Assembly: GCA_038882655.1 (NCBI GenBank)
Contig: JAVZNT010000005.1
Location: forward strand, 1 to 44,968
DNA from: Candidatus Bathyarchaeia archaeon
GTDB taxonomy: Archaea > Thermoproteota > Bathyarchaeia > Bathyarchaeales > Bathycorpusculaceae
Direction: 5' to 3'
Length of the DNA: 44,968 nucleotides
Under the pieces are notes generated by a model, which was not told the DNA's origin, did no database searches, and worked only from the letters and a program-made list of their open reading frames with translations. The first letter of the stretch is position 1. Each line of letters starts with the position of its first letter. Positions 19,547-30,037 of the stretch are shown one piece after another. Both the position numbers and the translations under genes were made by a program.

Positions 19547-20176
19547 TCACCAGAAAGGCTGTATATACTCTCTAATTCTAAACTTTACGCCTATCTGTTT
19601 GGCGATTTCCTCAATCCGAGAAACGTCAACTTCCGGAATTCTGACGGCTGTCACCTCAACATCTAAAAGTTTCTTAGCTTTTTTAATAAACTCCATGACG
19701 CTTTCGAACGCGTTTCTAAAGGCTGGTCTGCATACTATGTTATACGTTTCTTTATCATGGGCGTTTAGGCCTACGCTTACCTTGTCAACACCAGCCTCTT
19801 TTAACTCTTCAACAACGCTTCGTCCATTGTTAAGTAGGAGGGCTTGACCGTTTGTGTCCACCCTTATTGCCACGATTTTTCCATAATGCTTCCTTATCCA
19901 TCTGCTAACTTCTAATAGGCAGTCCAGCCTTTCAAGGGGTTCTCCAAAACCGCAGAAAACAATTTCACACCAGTTCCGCCTATTCACGACGTTTTCAAGC
20001 TCTGCTATTATTTCGTTAAGGGCAGGCTCTTTTTCAAGCTTGAGGTTGAAGCATCCTACGCCGTTGCGGAAATTTCTCAAGCAAAAGTAACAGTTGTTGG
20101 AACACTTGTTTGTTATGTTTAGGTATAGGTTGTCTTCAAGCCAGTAGACGATGCTAGGACGCTTTTTAGCCGCCAT
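19547..20176 (-). CDS. TatD-associated-type radical SAM protein
   Basis: LYLNITNKCSNNCYFC, VFCGFGEP and DTNG motifs. Confidence 0.88.
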   Translation of the reverse strand: MAAKKRPSIVYWLEDNLYLNITNKCSNNCYFCLRNFRNGVGCFNLKLEKEPALNEIIAELENVVNRRNWCEIVFCGFGEPLERLDCLLEVSRWIRKHYGKIVAIRVDTNGQALLLNNGRSVVEELKEAGVDKVSVGLNAHDKETYNIVCRPAFRNAFESVMEFIKKAKKLLDVEVTAVRIPEVDVSRIEEIAKQIGVKFRIREYIQPFW

Positions 20177-20255
20177 TGCAGTTCTCCACCTTAACTAATG
20201 GCAAATTTAGGAATAAAAAGTTAGGCGGAACATGCAAGAATAAATTTAAAAGCAG

Positions 20256-21929
20256 ATGCGAGGCTTATGGTTTTGTTATTACAAGGGGCAAAATTGCATG
20301 GTTAAATACATTTTTGTCACCGGCGGCGTTTTAAGCTCCGTTGGTAAGGGTATTGTAACTTCATCTATTGGAAAGATGCTTCAAGCCAGAGGGTTTAGGG
20401 TTACCGCCATAAAAATTGACCCTTACGTGAATGTTGACGCTGGAACCATGAACCCCTACATGCACGGCGAGGTTTACGTGACAGACGACGGTGGCGAAAC
20501 AGACTTAGACTTAGGCTGGTATGAGCGTTTCCTAGACTTAGACTTGAAAAGGGAGAATAACATTACAACAGGCATCGTTTATAAGGCTGTTATTGAAAAG
20601 GAGCGGCGGGGCGACTTCCTTGGAAGATGCGTCCAAATAGTGCCCCATGTGACGAATGAGATAAAGAGCCGAATAAAAAATGTGGCTTTAAACGCGAAGG
20701 TTGACGTGGCCCTGACGGAGGTTGGCGGAACAGTAGGCGACATTGAAGGCTTACCCTTCCTTGAGGCTATAAGGCAGATGCGCCTCGAGGAAGGCTATGA
20801 AAATACTTTGTACGTGCACGTCGCCCTAGTCCCAATACTGGACGTCACGAAGGAGATGAAGACAAAACCACTACAGCACAGCGTTAACGAGTTGCGGCGC
20901 ATCGGCATACAGCCGGACATAATAGTTGCAAGATGCTCCCAAATGATAGATTCAGAAGCCTTAAGAAAAATAGCCTTGTTTGGCACAATTCCAGAAAACG
21001 CCGTTTTCTGCTCATACAACGTTGAATCCATCTATCAAGTTCCGCTAATTCTCGATGAGCAAGGAATGGGCAACTTCATATGCAAGAGGCTTGAGCTTCC
21101 AGAGCGCAAGCCAAACTTTGAAGACTGGAAAAAGTTTGTTGACGCAGTGTTAAACCCAGAAAACGAAGTCAAAATAGCCTTGGTTGGCAAATATGCTGGA
21201 TTAGCAGACAGCTATGTAAGCATGAGTGAGGCGCTTCGCCACGGCGGCGCAGCATGCAAAACGAAAGTGAACATCCACTACATTGAAGCTGAAACCTTCG
21301 AGAAAAACCCCAATAAGGTTAAAACATTAAAGGACTTCGACGGAGTCTTTGTTCCATACGGTTTTGGTCCAAGGGGGACGGAAGGAAAAATTATGGCGAT
21401 AAAATTTGCAAGAGAAAACGACATACCGTTTCTAGGCATATGCTACGGCTTCCAATTAGCCGTTGTGGAATTCGCTAGAGACGTCTGTGGCTTGGAGAAA
21501 GCAAACAGCACAGAAATAGACCCAGACACGCATTATCCGGTGATAGACCTTATGCCAGAACAGAGAGGCGTAGAGTATAAGGGCGCAACAATGCGCCTAG
21601 GCGCCCACAAAATAATCATAAAACCAAACACCATGGCGCATGCGCTCTACAAAAGCGTTGAAATTTATGAACGCCACCGCCACAGATTCGAAGTCAACAT
21701 GGACTACATCGAGAAACTTGAAAAAAACGGCTTATTTTTTTCTGGAAGAAGCCCGGACGGAAGAAGAATGGAAATCCTTGAACTGCCAGACCATTTCTTC
21801 TTTTTCGCCTCTCAATTCCACGGAGAATTCAAAAGCCGCCCAGGAAAACCAGACCCAGAATATTATGGCTTTGTTAAGGCTTGCTTAGACAAGAAGCTTG
21901 GAAAAACTAAACCGAATTTTAAGCTTTAG
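20256..21929 (+). CDS. pyrG: CTP synthase (likely start at MVKYIF, 20298)
   Basis: [30 protein letters not shown] and ERHRHR motifs. Confidence 0.98.
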   Translation: MRGLWFCYYKGQNCMVKYIFVTGGVLSSVGKGIVTSSIGKMLQARGFRVTAIKIDPYVNVDAGTMNPYMHGEVYVTDDGGETDLDLGWYERFLDLDLKRENNITTGIVYKAVIEKERRGDFLGRCVQIVPHVTNEIKSRIKNVALNAKVDVALTEVGGTVGDIEGLPFLEAIRQMRLEEGYENTLYVHVALVPILDVTKEMKTKPLQHSVNELRRIGIQPDIIVARCSQMIDSEALRKIALFGTIPENAVFCSYNVESIYQVPLILDEQGMGNFICKRLELPERKPNFEDWKKFVDAVLNPENEVKIALVGKYAGLADSYVSMSEALRHGGAACKTKVNIHYIEAETFEKNPNKVKTLKDFDGVFVPYGFGPRGTEGKIMAIKFARENDIPFLGICYGFQLAVVEFARDVCGLEKANSTEIDPDTHYPVIDLMPEQRGVEYKGATMRLGAHKIIIKPNTMAHALYKSVEIYERHRHRFEVNMDYIEKLEKNGLFFSGRSPDGRRMEILELPDHFFFFASQFHGEFKSRPGKPDPEYYGFVKACLDKKLGKTKPNFKL

Positions 21930-22483
21930 AGACCTATTTCTTTTGCTATTTCCTTTAACCCGTTCAAGGCTATTTCAAAGAACTGCTCCCTCTGAAGTCC
22001 AATTTCCTCGCAGAGCAAGATTCTTTCTCTTTCGGCGCCACGGGCAAAGTCCTTATCCTTAAACTTTCTAGCGACAGTTTCCACTTTCACTTCTGCCAAC
22101 TTTTTAGAAGGCGTTACAAGAGCGCATGCCACCAGCAAGCCTGAAATAGCGTCACTAGCGATTAGGGCTTTCTCCATTCTACTTTCCGGTTTTACGCCAG
22201 TATGTTTAAAATTATGGGCTTTTATCGCCCTCAACAGTTCTTCAGGTAAAACGTCTTTGAGCAGTTGCTCAGCAATTAAGCTGTGCTTTTCTGGCGTGGC
22301 TTCTGTTTTTTCATAGTCAATGTCGTGGATTAAGCCCACCAAACCCCATTTTTCCTCGTCTTCCCCGAAATGCCTTGCCAGACCCCGCATTATGGCTTCA
22401 ACAGCGAGCATATGATAAACAATGTTCTTTTTAGAGACATGTTGTTTAACAAGGTCTAGGGCTTTCTCGCGCCTAAGCATCAA
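21926..22483 (-). CDS. HD-domain (HDIG) metal-dependent phosphohydrolase
   Basis: H...GLIHDIDYE...H...D pattern. Confidence 0.88.
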   Translation of the reverse strand: MMLRREKALDLVKQHVSKKNIVYHMLAVEAIMRGLARHFGEDEEKWGLVGLIHDIDYEKTEATPEKHSLIAEQLLKDVLPEELLRAIKAHNFKHTGVKPESRMEKALIASDAISGLLVACALVTPSKKLAEVKVETVARKFKDKDFARGAERERILLCEEIGLQREQFFEIALNGLKEIAKEIGL

Positions 22484-22511
22484 TGCATCACTAGGTTAGG
22501 CATTTTAGGCT

Positions 22512-23423
22512 TTAGCCATTTAAGCCTTCCCCGTACATTTGGTCTGGAGTCAACATTTCTGGAAACTTGACTCGCAACATTTGCCGTGCAGTATAGCACA
22601 AGTGGCACGCATCCGCATAAAATTCATCATGAGGCAAGTCGTACTTTTCAACAAGCGCCACCGGACCGCCACGAATTAATGGCTCAAGTATTGGATTAGC
22701 GTAAGGGTCGTATTCCTCAACTATCTTTGATAGGGGTTTATGCCAAGCATTTCCGATGGATATTCCTTGGCAAACATGCACATATCCAAAGGGGTCTATG
22801 TGAACCCTTTCTTGCTTAACAAAATCCTCATAGGGACATTTTGTATACTCACGCCAATGCCGTTTACTGGCTTTGCTTGCCAGTTTTGAGCATGCTCTAC
22901 CGCGATACATAAGCTCATACAAGCCAACCTTCACTCCATCAACTTCCGCCGGACACTGTGCCTCTACATCTGGACATTTAATAGCCATTACTCCGACTTT
23001 CATGTTTAGGGCTTTTGCGGCATTAACAGCATTTTTAACCTCTCCTGTTACCCACTTGTCACCATGATATGGGTCGCTGCTTAGGCTCAATTCCACATCT
23101 TTTGCTTTTGCTATTGGCATAAGCCACTCAACAGCGTCTTCTACACATGTAGCCCAATAACAATTTGAAAGGACTTCAACATGCAAGCCTAACTCAACGC
23201 TTCTATTTACAGTCTCAACCATTATTGGATAGTAGAGGAACGGTTCACCGCCCTCTATTGAAACATAATTAACCGAGCCGATTTTCCTAGCCTCTGCTAA
23301 TATTTCACTAACTTGTTTAAAGGTGAACGTTCCCTTAGCGTTTGGGCTTCCCCAAACAAAACAGTGGTCGCATTCAACATCACATCGATATGTAAGGAGA
23401 AGGTGAACACCTCTCAAATTCAT
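22512..23423 (-). CDS. Radical SAM protein with additional C-terminal Cys residues
   Basis: CDVECDHC, GGEP; C-terminal CPY/CQ/CHLC. Confidence 0.88.
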   Translation of the reverse strand: MNLRGVHLLLTYRCDVECDHCFVWGSPNAKGTFTFKQVSEILAEARKIGSVNYVSIEGGEPFLYYPIMVETVNRSVELGLHVEVLSNCYWATCVEDAVEWLMPIAKAKDVELSLSSDPYHGDKWVTGEVKNAVNAAKALNMKVGVMAIKCPDVEAQCPAEVDGVKVGLYELMYRGRACSKLASKASKRHWREYTKCPYEDFVKQERVHIDPFGYVHVCQGISIGNAWHKPLSKIVEEYDPYANPILEPLIRGGPVALVEKYDLPHDEFYADACHLCYTARQMLRVKFPEMLTPDQMYGEGLNG

Positions 23424-23553
23424 GCGAACACCAACAACATATATTATGGCGTAAGCCCTATTTTGAAGTTGCTGAAAGCCGCCAACATGAAGTTGGGTAA
23501 AATATATAATGTGGCTAGAAGATTTTGTGCGTCATTGTGAGACGTAGGCGCAG

Positions 23554-24639
23554 ATGACTTCCATTAAACCAAAAATCGCATGGAAAACCATAATCATGCT
23601 CTTGATCGGCATAATAGCCTTCATTCTATACCTTTTCATCCTACGGGTTGACATACCAGAAATCATTGTAAAGATTCAAAGCGCAAACATGCCGCTATAC
23701 TTGCTGGCTGCCTCACTAGTCTTCGTTGAAATGTTTCTTTACTCAATGGCTTGGCACTCGCTGCTTAAATTTCTTTCAGTGAAGCTTTCAATTCTAAAAT
23801 CTTACCTGTATGTGTGGTATGGAAATTTCATGGACATCATTATTCCAGCTGAATCCATAAGCGGAGAAATTTCTAGGGCATACCTAATCATAAGAGAGCA
23901 AGGAAACGACGTAAGCGGCAAAGTCGTCGCATCCCTGGTAACTCACAGACTAATAGGCATGGGCATTGGCGCCGCAACAATTGGAACCGGAACAATAATG
24001 CTTTTAATAGCACCGGTTAACCCACTAATATTCAATCTAAGTGTTTTCGTCACAGCAGCAACAATATTCTTCACCGTTTTACTTGTCATCTTATGTGTTA
24101 AAATAAGTTGGACATTAAAACTCATAGACCGCATAATCAAAATTTTTGAATTTATCAGTAAAAGTCGGTGGAAATCGAGGCTAGCGAAGGCTAGAGAAGA
24201 CGTCTTAAAAATTGTTGGGACGTTCCACGATTCAATGAAGGAATATGCCCATGCGCCAAGAGTCGTTTTAACCTCCATAATTTTGTCCGCGTTTTCGTGG
24301 CTCTCTTATTTGGCTATCTGCTACATAGTTTTTCTTGCATTAGGTTTTAAAGACCTCTCATTAAACATGATTGGCATAATTTTCGTGACGCAATCCATAA
24401 CAACGGCTATAAGGTCCATTCCCATAGGTGTGCCCTTTGAGGTTGGGCTGCCAGAAATAACCATGACGACGCTGTACGTGGTTTTTGGCATACCGTTCGA
24501 TGTAAGCGCAACAGCAACAATCCTCACTAGAATTTTGTCGCTCTGGCTAAAGTTTTTCGTGGGATTTGCCATCCAACAATGGGTTGAAATCTCGTCGATA
24601 AAAGCGTCGCTTAAGGCCGCTAAAACTGATAAAGGCTAA
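23554..24639 (+). CDS. UPF0104 / lysylphosphatidylglycerol-synthase TM (flippase-like) protein
   Basis: Multi-TM; P...GE..R and P.G..G..E patterns. Confidence 0.8.
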   Translation: MTSIKPKIAWKTIIMLLIGIIAFILYLFILRVDIPEIIVKIQSANMPLYLLAASLVFVEMFLYSMAWHSLLKFLSVKLSILKSYLYVWYGNFMDIIIPAESISGEISRAYLIIREQGNDVSGKVVASLVTHRLIGMGIGAATIGTGTIMLLIAPVNPLIFNLSVFVTAATIFFTVLLVILCVKISWTLKLIDRIIKIFEFISKSRWKSRLAKAREDVLKIVGTFHDSMKEYAHAPRVVLTSIILSAFSWLSYLAICYIVFLALGFKDLSLNMIGIIFVTQSITTAIRSIPIGVPFEVGLPEITMTTLYVVFGIPFDVSATATILTRILSLWLKFFVGFAIQQWVEISSIKASLKAAKTDKG

Positions 24640-24676
24640 ATCTCGCCTTCTCTTCTGTTTAATTAAGGGGTCGGCA

Positions 24677-25132
24677 ACGATAAAAATCGAAGACGCCTCA
24701 ATAACGCATTTGGACAGGCTTTTCGAAATTGAAATGGAATGTTTTAGGAGTGAAGCTTTCACAAAACAGCAAATAGCCCAACTGCTTACAAACCAGAACT
24801 GCGTAAGCCTAATTGCAAAGGAAAATAGCAAAATTATAGGCTTCACCATCGGAATGATCTACGTCGAGGACAGCGTTTTAACTGGACACGTATTAACTAT
24901 AGATGTTTCTCCAAGCCATCGTCGCAAAGGCGTAGGAATCAAACTACTAGAAGAATTGGAGAAAATATTCAGAGCTAAGCAAGTAAAAGTTTGCCGTCTG
25001 GAAGTGAGGGAAGACAACATTGCAGCATTAAGCCTCTACCAAAAACTTAGCTACAAAAAAGCTGAAAAGCTCCGCCATTATTATGGAGATGCCCACGGAA
25101 TACTCCTAGAAAAAACGCTAGCTCAGCCTTAA
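24677..25132 (+). CDS. rimI: RimI/Ard1-type GNAT N-acetyltransferase (start probably upstream of the track TTG at 24710)
   Basis: HVLTIDV...RRKGVG, LEVREDN and YYGD motifs; in-frame N-terminal strand IKIEDA lies upstream of 24710. Confidence 0.82.
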   Translation, partial: TIKIEDASITHLDRLFEIEMECFRSEAFTKQQIAQLLTNQNCVSLIAKENSKIIGFTIGMIYVEDSVLTGHVLTIDVSPSHRRKGVGIKLLEELEKIFRAKQVKVCRLEVREDNIAALSLYQKLSYKKAEKLRHYYGDAHGILLEKTLAQP

Positions 25133-25543
25133 AAGCTTAAGCTTTGTCTTCTCATCAAAAGCCCTCTGCAAGTTTAAGCCCACACCCTCAATTATGGCTA
25201 GCTCCGCTGTGGCGCCAACAACCGAGCCTTGCATTAAATGTCCGCCAAAAGCCTCGCCCCGTTCATTTGTGGCAACTATATGCACATGAATTATTGTTTT
25301 GCCTTTCTCGTCAACAGCAATATTTCCAGTACATGAGGCAATTTCTAAAGGTCCGTCTAACCGAATATTTTTATATTTGCCTTCCTTGTAGTAGCCGAGT
25401 ACAACCGTTTTTAAGCTTCCAATAGCAATTATTAGGCCAGCTTTTACCCCGCTTTTTTCAACTCTTACTTTGATGGCGTCTACTAAATCTTCTCCTTTGA
25501 GTATTCGTGAGAAAATTATTTTTCCAATTTTTCCTTCTAACAT
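25118..25543 (-). CDS. PPC domain (DUF296) protein
   Basis: AIGSL, EIASCTGNI and HVH...GGHL motifs. Confidence 0.9.
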   Translation of the reverse strand: MLEGKIGKIIFSRILKGEDLVDAIKVRVEKSGVKAGLIIAIGSLKTVVLGYYKEGKYKNIRLDGPLEIASCTGNIAVDEKGKTIIHVHIVATNERGEAFGGHLMQGSVVGATAELAIIEGVGLNLQRAFDEKTKLKLLRLS

Positions 25544-25646
25544 GGCGTTCAGCCTTAGTTTAGGCTAACATTGTTGAATACTTAAACATATAGGTTTCTA
25601 AGAGGGGTAACGTAAACTCTAAAAGCGTCCATTTTATAATTTTAAT

Positions 25647-25907
25647 GTGAGGATGGGCTTGAAGGATAGGGGAAGGTTTAGAAGAGCAATAGTTGTGCTT
25701 ATTCGTAACACTACGTGGAGATGTGGAAAACTTGAGAGACTAATAGTTAAACATCTCCACAAGGAAAGCATTGGGCTTGGAAGGCCGGGGACGCCTTTGA
25801 CGGATATGCTTCAAAGCTTCAAATTGTCTGGGAAAAAGCGTAACGAGTTTTTAGATGCCATAAAAAGGCTGGAGAGAAGGAATATAGTAAAAATCCTAAG
25901 CGTATGA
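25647..25907 (+). CDS. Small basic hypothetical protein, possible winged helix
   Basis: AIKRLERRNIVKI wHTH-like C-terminus. Confidence 0.6.
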   Translation: MRMGLKDRGRFRRAIVVLIRNTTWRCGKLERLIVKHLHKESIGLGRPGTPLTDMLQSFKLSGKKRNEFLDAIKRLERRNIVKILSV

Positions 25908-25930
25908 ACTCTGCTTTTGAGCTTAGCCCT

Positions 25931-26443
25931 TTAGGATTTTTCAGTCAGCCTTTTGGCGTTTTCAATCCATCTCTGCGTTATTTTCGGTGAAATCTTAAGT
26001 TTAGCGGCGAGTTCTTTAGCTGAGGCTTTTGCGAGTTCTTCAACAGTATTTATGCCTAAGGCTTTAAGCTGCTCCGACCTTTTTCCACCTATGCCCTTAA
26101 CATTAGTTAAGGGTGTCCCGGCGGGGGCAGCAATTTCCACGACTTTTTCTTCAACTGCTGCGGTTGAGGTTGGAACTGGGGATGGCGGTGTGAATTGGGT
26201 AGGTTGAATTGTCGGCGGGGGCGTTGGTGGTGCAGCCACTGCGGTTTGCACTTTTGCTCTTGGTCTTTGGGTATAGCCTAACCCTATGAAGAAAATCCCT
26301 AGAACAGCTGTTGTGATTATTCCAAGAGATTTGTATGTTTGGTCCATTTCGATGGCGAGCACTATTCCGGTTATTATGAAGAATATTATGGCGACTGCGT
26401 ATAGCGCATAATCTGAGCGCATTTCGTCTTTCTCCCTAGCCAT
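25931..26443 (-). CDS. 2-TM membrane protein with a C-terminal helix-hairpin-helix domain
   Basis: Two TMs, Pro/Thr linker, LTNVKGIGGKRSEQLKALGI HhH motif. Confidence 0.8.
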   Translation of the reverse strand: MAREKDEMRSDYALYAVAIIFFIITGIVLAIEMDQTYKSLGIITTAVLGIFFIGLGYTQRPRAKVQTAVAAPPTPPPTIQPTQFTPPSPVPTSTAAVEEKVVEIAAPAGTPLTNVKGIGGKRSEQLKALGINTVEELAKASAKELAAKLKISPKITQRWIENAKRLTEKS

Positions 26444-26516
26444 CTATTTTATGGAATAGTTTAAATAATTTTCTACAAACTCAGAAAAGAAAGCAGATTT
26501 TAGTGTGTTTTAGCCT

Positions 26517-27944
26517 TTATTTCAGCAATTCTTCTTCTGGCGGCGGCTTCTTTATCAATCCTTCCTTCATTAAGACTTTTAGGCTTTCTCTAGCATTCTT
26601 TATTATTGAGACTGCTCTTTCGTAGAGTTCCTGTCTGCTAAGTTTTACTCTGGCTACGCCCTGCTCTATGGATTTTAAGGCGCATGCCACTGCCTCGCGG
26701 GGGAAGACTTCCCACTCTTCCATTCTTGGCAATATGTCCTCCTCATGTATTCCTCTCTCCTCAGCGAACTTTGCAAGTTCCTCTGCAGCTGCGATACACA
26801 TGTCATCAGTAACCGTTTTAGCCTTCACGTCCAAGACTCCGCGGAATATCGCCGGAAAGCCCAAACTATTATTAACCTGATTTGGAAAGTCGCTTCTTCC
26901 AGTCGCCACAATGCGTGCCCCAGCCTCTTTGGCTTCCCAAGGCCATATTTCCGGTATGGGATTTGCACATGCGAAAATTATTGCGTTGTCAGCCATTGTT
27001 GCTACCCACTCTTTCTTTATCGTTCCCGGTCCTGGTTTTGATGCTGCCACCACAGCGTCTACGCCTTTGAAGGCTTCTGTTATGTCACCTGTTCTGCCTT
27101 CAGCGTTTGTTTTTTGGGCTAGTTCGTACTTCCATGGGTCTTCCTCTTTTGACAGGTCTTTTCTTCCAGCGTGGATTATGCCCCTTGTGTCGACCATTAT
27201 TATGTTTCCTGATTTCATTCCCCATCTTATTAGGACGTAGGCTGTTCGGATGTTGGCTGCTCCAGCACCTATGAGCGTTATTAGGCTTTCCTGTGGCTTT
27301 TTGCCGACTATTTTGAAGGCGTTTATTAAACCCGCCAATATGACTGTAGCTGTTCCCTGCTGGTCGTCATGCCAAACCGGAATTTGCAGACGTTTTCTGG
27401 CTTCTTCTAAGACGTAGAAGCATTTGGGTTTCTCAATGTCTTCTAGGTTTATCCCGCCGAATGAAGGCTCGATAAGCTCACATGCGCGGACAATTTCATC
27501 TGGGTCTTTGGTTTTTAGGCATACGGGGAAGGCGTCAACACCGCCTAAATATTTGAAGAGTAGGGCTTTTCCCTCCATGACTGGCATGGCTGCCTCTGGA
27601 CCTATATCGCCCAAACCTAAAACACGAGTGCCGTCAGAGACAACAGCCACATAATTCCAACGGTTTGTCAACTCAAAGGACTTTTCTGGATTAGCGTGAA
27701 TTTCTCTGCACGGAGCTGCAACACCAGGTGTATACCATATCGCAAAGTCATCTGGACTTGTTATAGCACATTTTGGCATAACTTGAACCTTTCCTTCATA
27801 AAACTTGTGCATGGGCGGTGCAAGTTGAGAGGGCTTTTTTGCCTTTGCAAGAAGCTCTTCAACTGTCGGCTTTCTCTCTTCTTTTCCAGCTGGGCACATT
27901 ATAATTTTCTCCTTTTCTTTTGACGAATTGGTTGTTTCATGCAT
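26517..27944 (-). CDS. NAD(P)-dependent malic enzyme
   Basis: YTPGVA, GTRVLGLGDIG, NLEDI, HDDQQGT and GRSDFPNQVNN motifs. Confidence 0.95.
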   Translation of the reverse strand: MHETTNSSKEKEKIIMCPAGKEERKPTVEELLAKAKKPSQLAPPMHKFYEGKVQVMPKCAITSPDDFAIWYTPGVAAPCREIHANPEKSFELTNRWNYVAVVSDGTRVLGLGDIGPEAAMPVMEGKALLFKYLGGVDAFPVCLKTKDPDEIVRACELIEPSFGGINLEDIEKPKCFYVLEEARKRLQIPVWHDDQQGTATVILAGLINAFKIVGKKPQESLITLIGAGAANIRTAYVLIRWGMKSGNIIMVDTRGIIHAGRKDLSKEEDPWKYELAQKTNAEGRTGDITEAFKGVDAVVAASKPGPGTIKKEWVATMADNAIIFACANPIPEIWPWEAKEAGARIVATGRSDFPNQVNNSLGFPAIFRGVLDVKAKTVTDDMCIAAAEELAKFAEERGIHEEDILPRMEEWEVFPREAVACALKSIEQGVARVKLSRQELYERAVSIIKNARESLKVLMKEGLIKKPPPEEELLK

Positions 27945-28149
27945 TAGAGCTTTAAGGGTTGCGGTAGAATTTAGATAAACCTTAAAGTTGGATTATGAAC
28001 TTTGCGATTTAGATTTGCCTTTCATAACTTATATATTTGGGCGGGAAACTCCGTACTTCTATTATTCCGCATCAGAGATGGCATGCTCTTCCGAGAAAGA
28101 CACGTGTAAACATAAACTGAACATCATGTATCTTCAAGGAGACATGTAG

Positions 28150-28905
28150 ATGCTAGGGGTTTACAAGGCTGGTCTCTTAATAACGGTTGGTTTAATACTG
28201 ATTTATGCCCTTCAAGGGTTTTACCCGGATTTTATCGGCGTTTTTTCCAATGCTTTCCCACCTATCATAGCTGGTGCAGCGGTTGTTGTGTCCGGCTTTT
28301 CTCTGGAGAGGTATTGGAGAAAAGCTAAAGGACAATTTTCCATTATTTGGCTATATTTCACGTGCGGGCTGTTCCTATGGTTTATTGGAGAAGCAGTTTG
28401 GACTGGATACACGCTGATTCTTGGCGTGGAGCTGCCTTATCCCTCAATTGCCGACGTCTTTTGGATAAGCGGATACATTCCATTCTTCATCGCTTTATAT
28501 CTTTACGTTAAACTGTTTGGCGGCACACTAACGAAGAAAATGCTTGCATCATCCATGGTCATAACAGCTGCTCTAACTATCTTGTTCACAAGTGTGCTGC
28601 TGACACCAGTTCTAACGGCTGAAGAGAATCCAATAGCTGTGGTCATGGACTTTGCTTATCCAATCCTCGACCTTTTACTCTTTTCAGTGGCGCTTTTGGG
28701 TCTCATAATTTTCCGGAATGGAAAACTTGGAAGGTCATGGCTCTTAATTAACATAGCTATATTGATGAACACTTGCGCCGACATGCTGTTCAGCTGGACA
28801 ACCGCGCAGAAAATATATTACAGCGGACACGTGTTTGACGTTCTTTTCGATCTTGCATACCTATTCTTTTTGATGGCTTTCTACGCTCACGCAAAAGAGT
28901 TTTGA
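28150..28905 (+). CDS. Stand-alone multi-TM sensor-like membrane protein
   Basis: 7-8 TMs; PYPSIADVFW..GY and AYPILDL patterns like membrane sensor modules of kinases/cyclases. Confidence 0.65.
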   Translation: MLGVYKAGLLITVGLILIYALQGFYPDFIGVFSNAFPPIIAGAAVVVSGFSLERYWRKAKGQFSIIWLYFTCGLFLWFIGEAVWTGYTLILGVELPYPSIADVFWISGYIPFFIALYLYVKLFGGTLTKKMLASSMVITAALTILFTSVLLTPVLTAEENPIAVVMDFAYPILDLLLFSVALLGLIIFRNGKLGRSWLLINIAILMNTCADMLFSWTTAQKIYYSGHVFDVLFDLAYLFFLMAFYAHAKEF

Positions 28906-28906
28906 G

Positions 28907-29242
28907 GTGGGCATGATGACCCAGAGAATGGAAGCCTTCAAAAAAGCTTTAGCAGAGGCTGTCGATGAAGGGTTACTCACGTTGGGAGAAAACGGAAGAG
29001 AAGTCATCTATTTTCGCCTCAAACATTCTTATGCCCTCAAAAAAGAGGATATTCCAAGCTACCCAGAAATTTTTGTTAAATGCTTAAGGAGCATTTTCGG
29101 CTCCGGTTCAGAAGTTATTGAAAAAGCCGTTATTAAGAGCTTGTACAGTAAGCTTGGAATGGAATTTAGCGCTAAGAAGGGTTTTGGTTTTTTGGAATAC
29201 CTAGAAGAAGCTAGAAGAGCCTTTGAGGAAAAGTTGAATTAA
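28907..29242 (+). CDS. NitrOD5/DUF3227-like small helical protein
   Basis: AVDEGL..LG...IYF.L...IP..PE.F...L..IFG.G..VIE..I...LY pattern. Confidence 0.7.
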   Translation: MGMMTQRMEAFKKALAEAVDEGLLTLGENGREVIYFRLKHSYALKKEDIPSYPEIFVKCLRSIFGSGSEVIEKAVIKSLYSKLGMEFSAKKGFGFLEYLEEARRAFEEKLN

Positions 29243-29479
29243 AGTCTTTAAATCCAAATTTTGGTCTAATTATTCTCTTTAATAGCTTATAGTGGAATTA
29301 GAAACTTATCCAGATATCTACGAAAACCAGTTTCATTAGTAATGTTGCCTTCATTTTCCGGGACATGGCTAAAGAAGTTGAAAAGACTGAGAAATTTAAC
29401 AGACCAAAAACGTTGCTGCGGAGAAAATAAGAGGCTAATAAAAGGGTTTACGACAATTACGGAGTGGAGCTTTAATTGT

Positions 29480-29956
29480 TTAGTATCTTCTTTGGCGGAA
29501 CCCGCCTCTTCTTTCGCGTCCGCCGAAGTCTCTTCCGCTTCTTCCTCTGAATGGGCGTCTTTGCTGTTCATAAACTTTTGATGACAGATTGTTTTGCGTG
29601 TTCACCTCAACGGTTAATGCTTCTTTTGCGACTTCAAGTGTGCCGTATCTTCCAACGTTTAAGCGCATGCTCCCTTTAAATAGGGTTACGTATCCGTTTC
29701 CTATGTTTATTGTTTCTCCTTCTTTGACTTTGGCTATGTTGTCGTCCCATAGGGTTAGATAGATGCATCCTGTTTCGTCGCCTACTAGGGCGTCGCAAAC
29801 CGTGTGGGGTGCGCCGTCCCTTCCGGAGGCTATGCTTCTAACTTCGCTTTTTGAAACAACCTTTGCTTTTACGTTTACAGCCCTTGAGGCTGGGGTTAAT
29901 TCGCCTACTTTCACGTCTACTGGTTTTCTGCTTCCCGAAAAACCTTCAACTGCCAA
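29480..29956 (-). CDS. ssb: Single OB-fold ssDNA-binding protein (crenarchaeal SSB type)
   Basis: ALVGDETG.I.LTLWD and NGYVTLFKG.MRLNVGRYG motifs; G/R-rich tail. Confidence 0.85.
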   Translation of the reverse strand: MAVEGFSGSRKPVDVKVGELTPASRAVNVKAKVVSKSEVRSIASGRDGAPHTVCDALVGDETGCIYLTLWDDNIAKVKEGETINIGNGYVTLFKGSMRLNVGRYGTLEVAKEALTVEVNTQNNLSSKVYEQQRRPFRGRSGRDFGGRERRGGFRQRRY

Positions 29957-30037
29957 ACCTAAATCAACACCTTTACATCTGATGCAAGAACATATCGCCG
30001 ACTCTTCACTTAAGCATTTTGGTTATTTAAGGCGCTT

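Noticed and set aside
28030-28149. Possible riboswitch upstream of the sensor-like membrane gene
   Set aside because: Only short imperfect pairings (GCGGGAA/TTCCGC) and no recognisable aptamer consensus
29287-29581. ORFs 29287..29571, 29342..29581 and a 21-aa ORF at 29365..29430
   Set aside because: The longer two overlap ssb in other frames or the other strand; the short one has no supporting motif or clear SD
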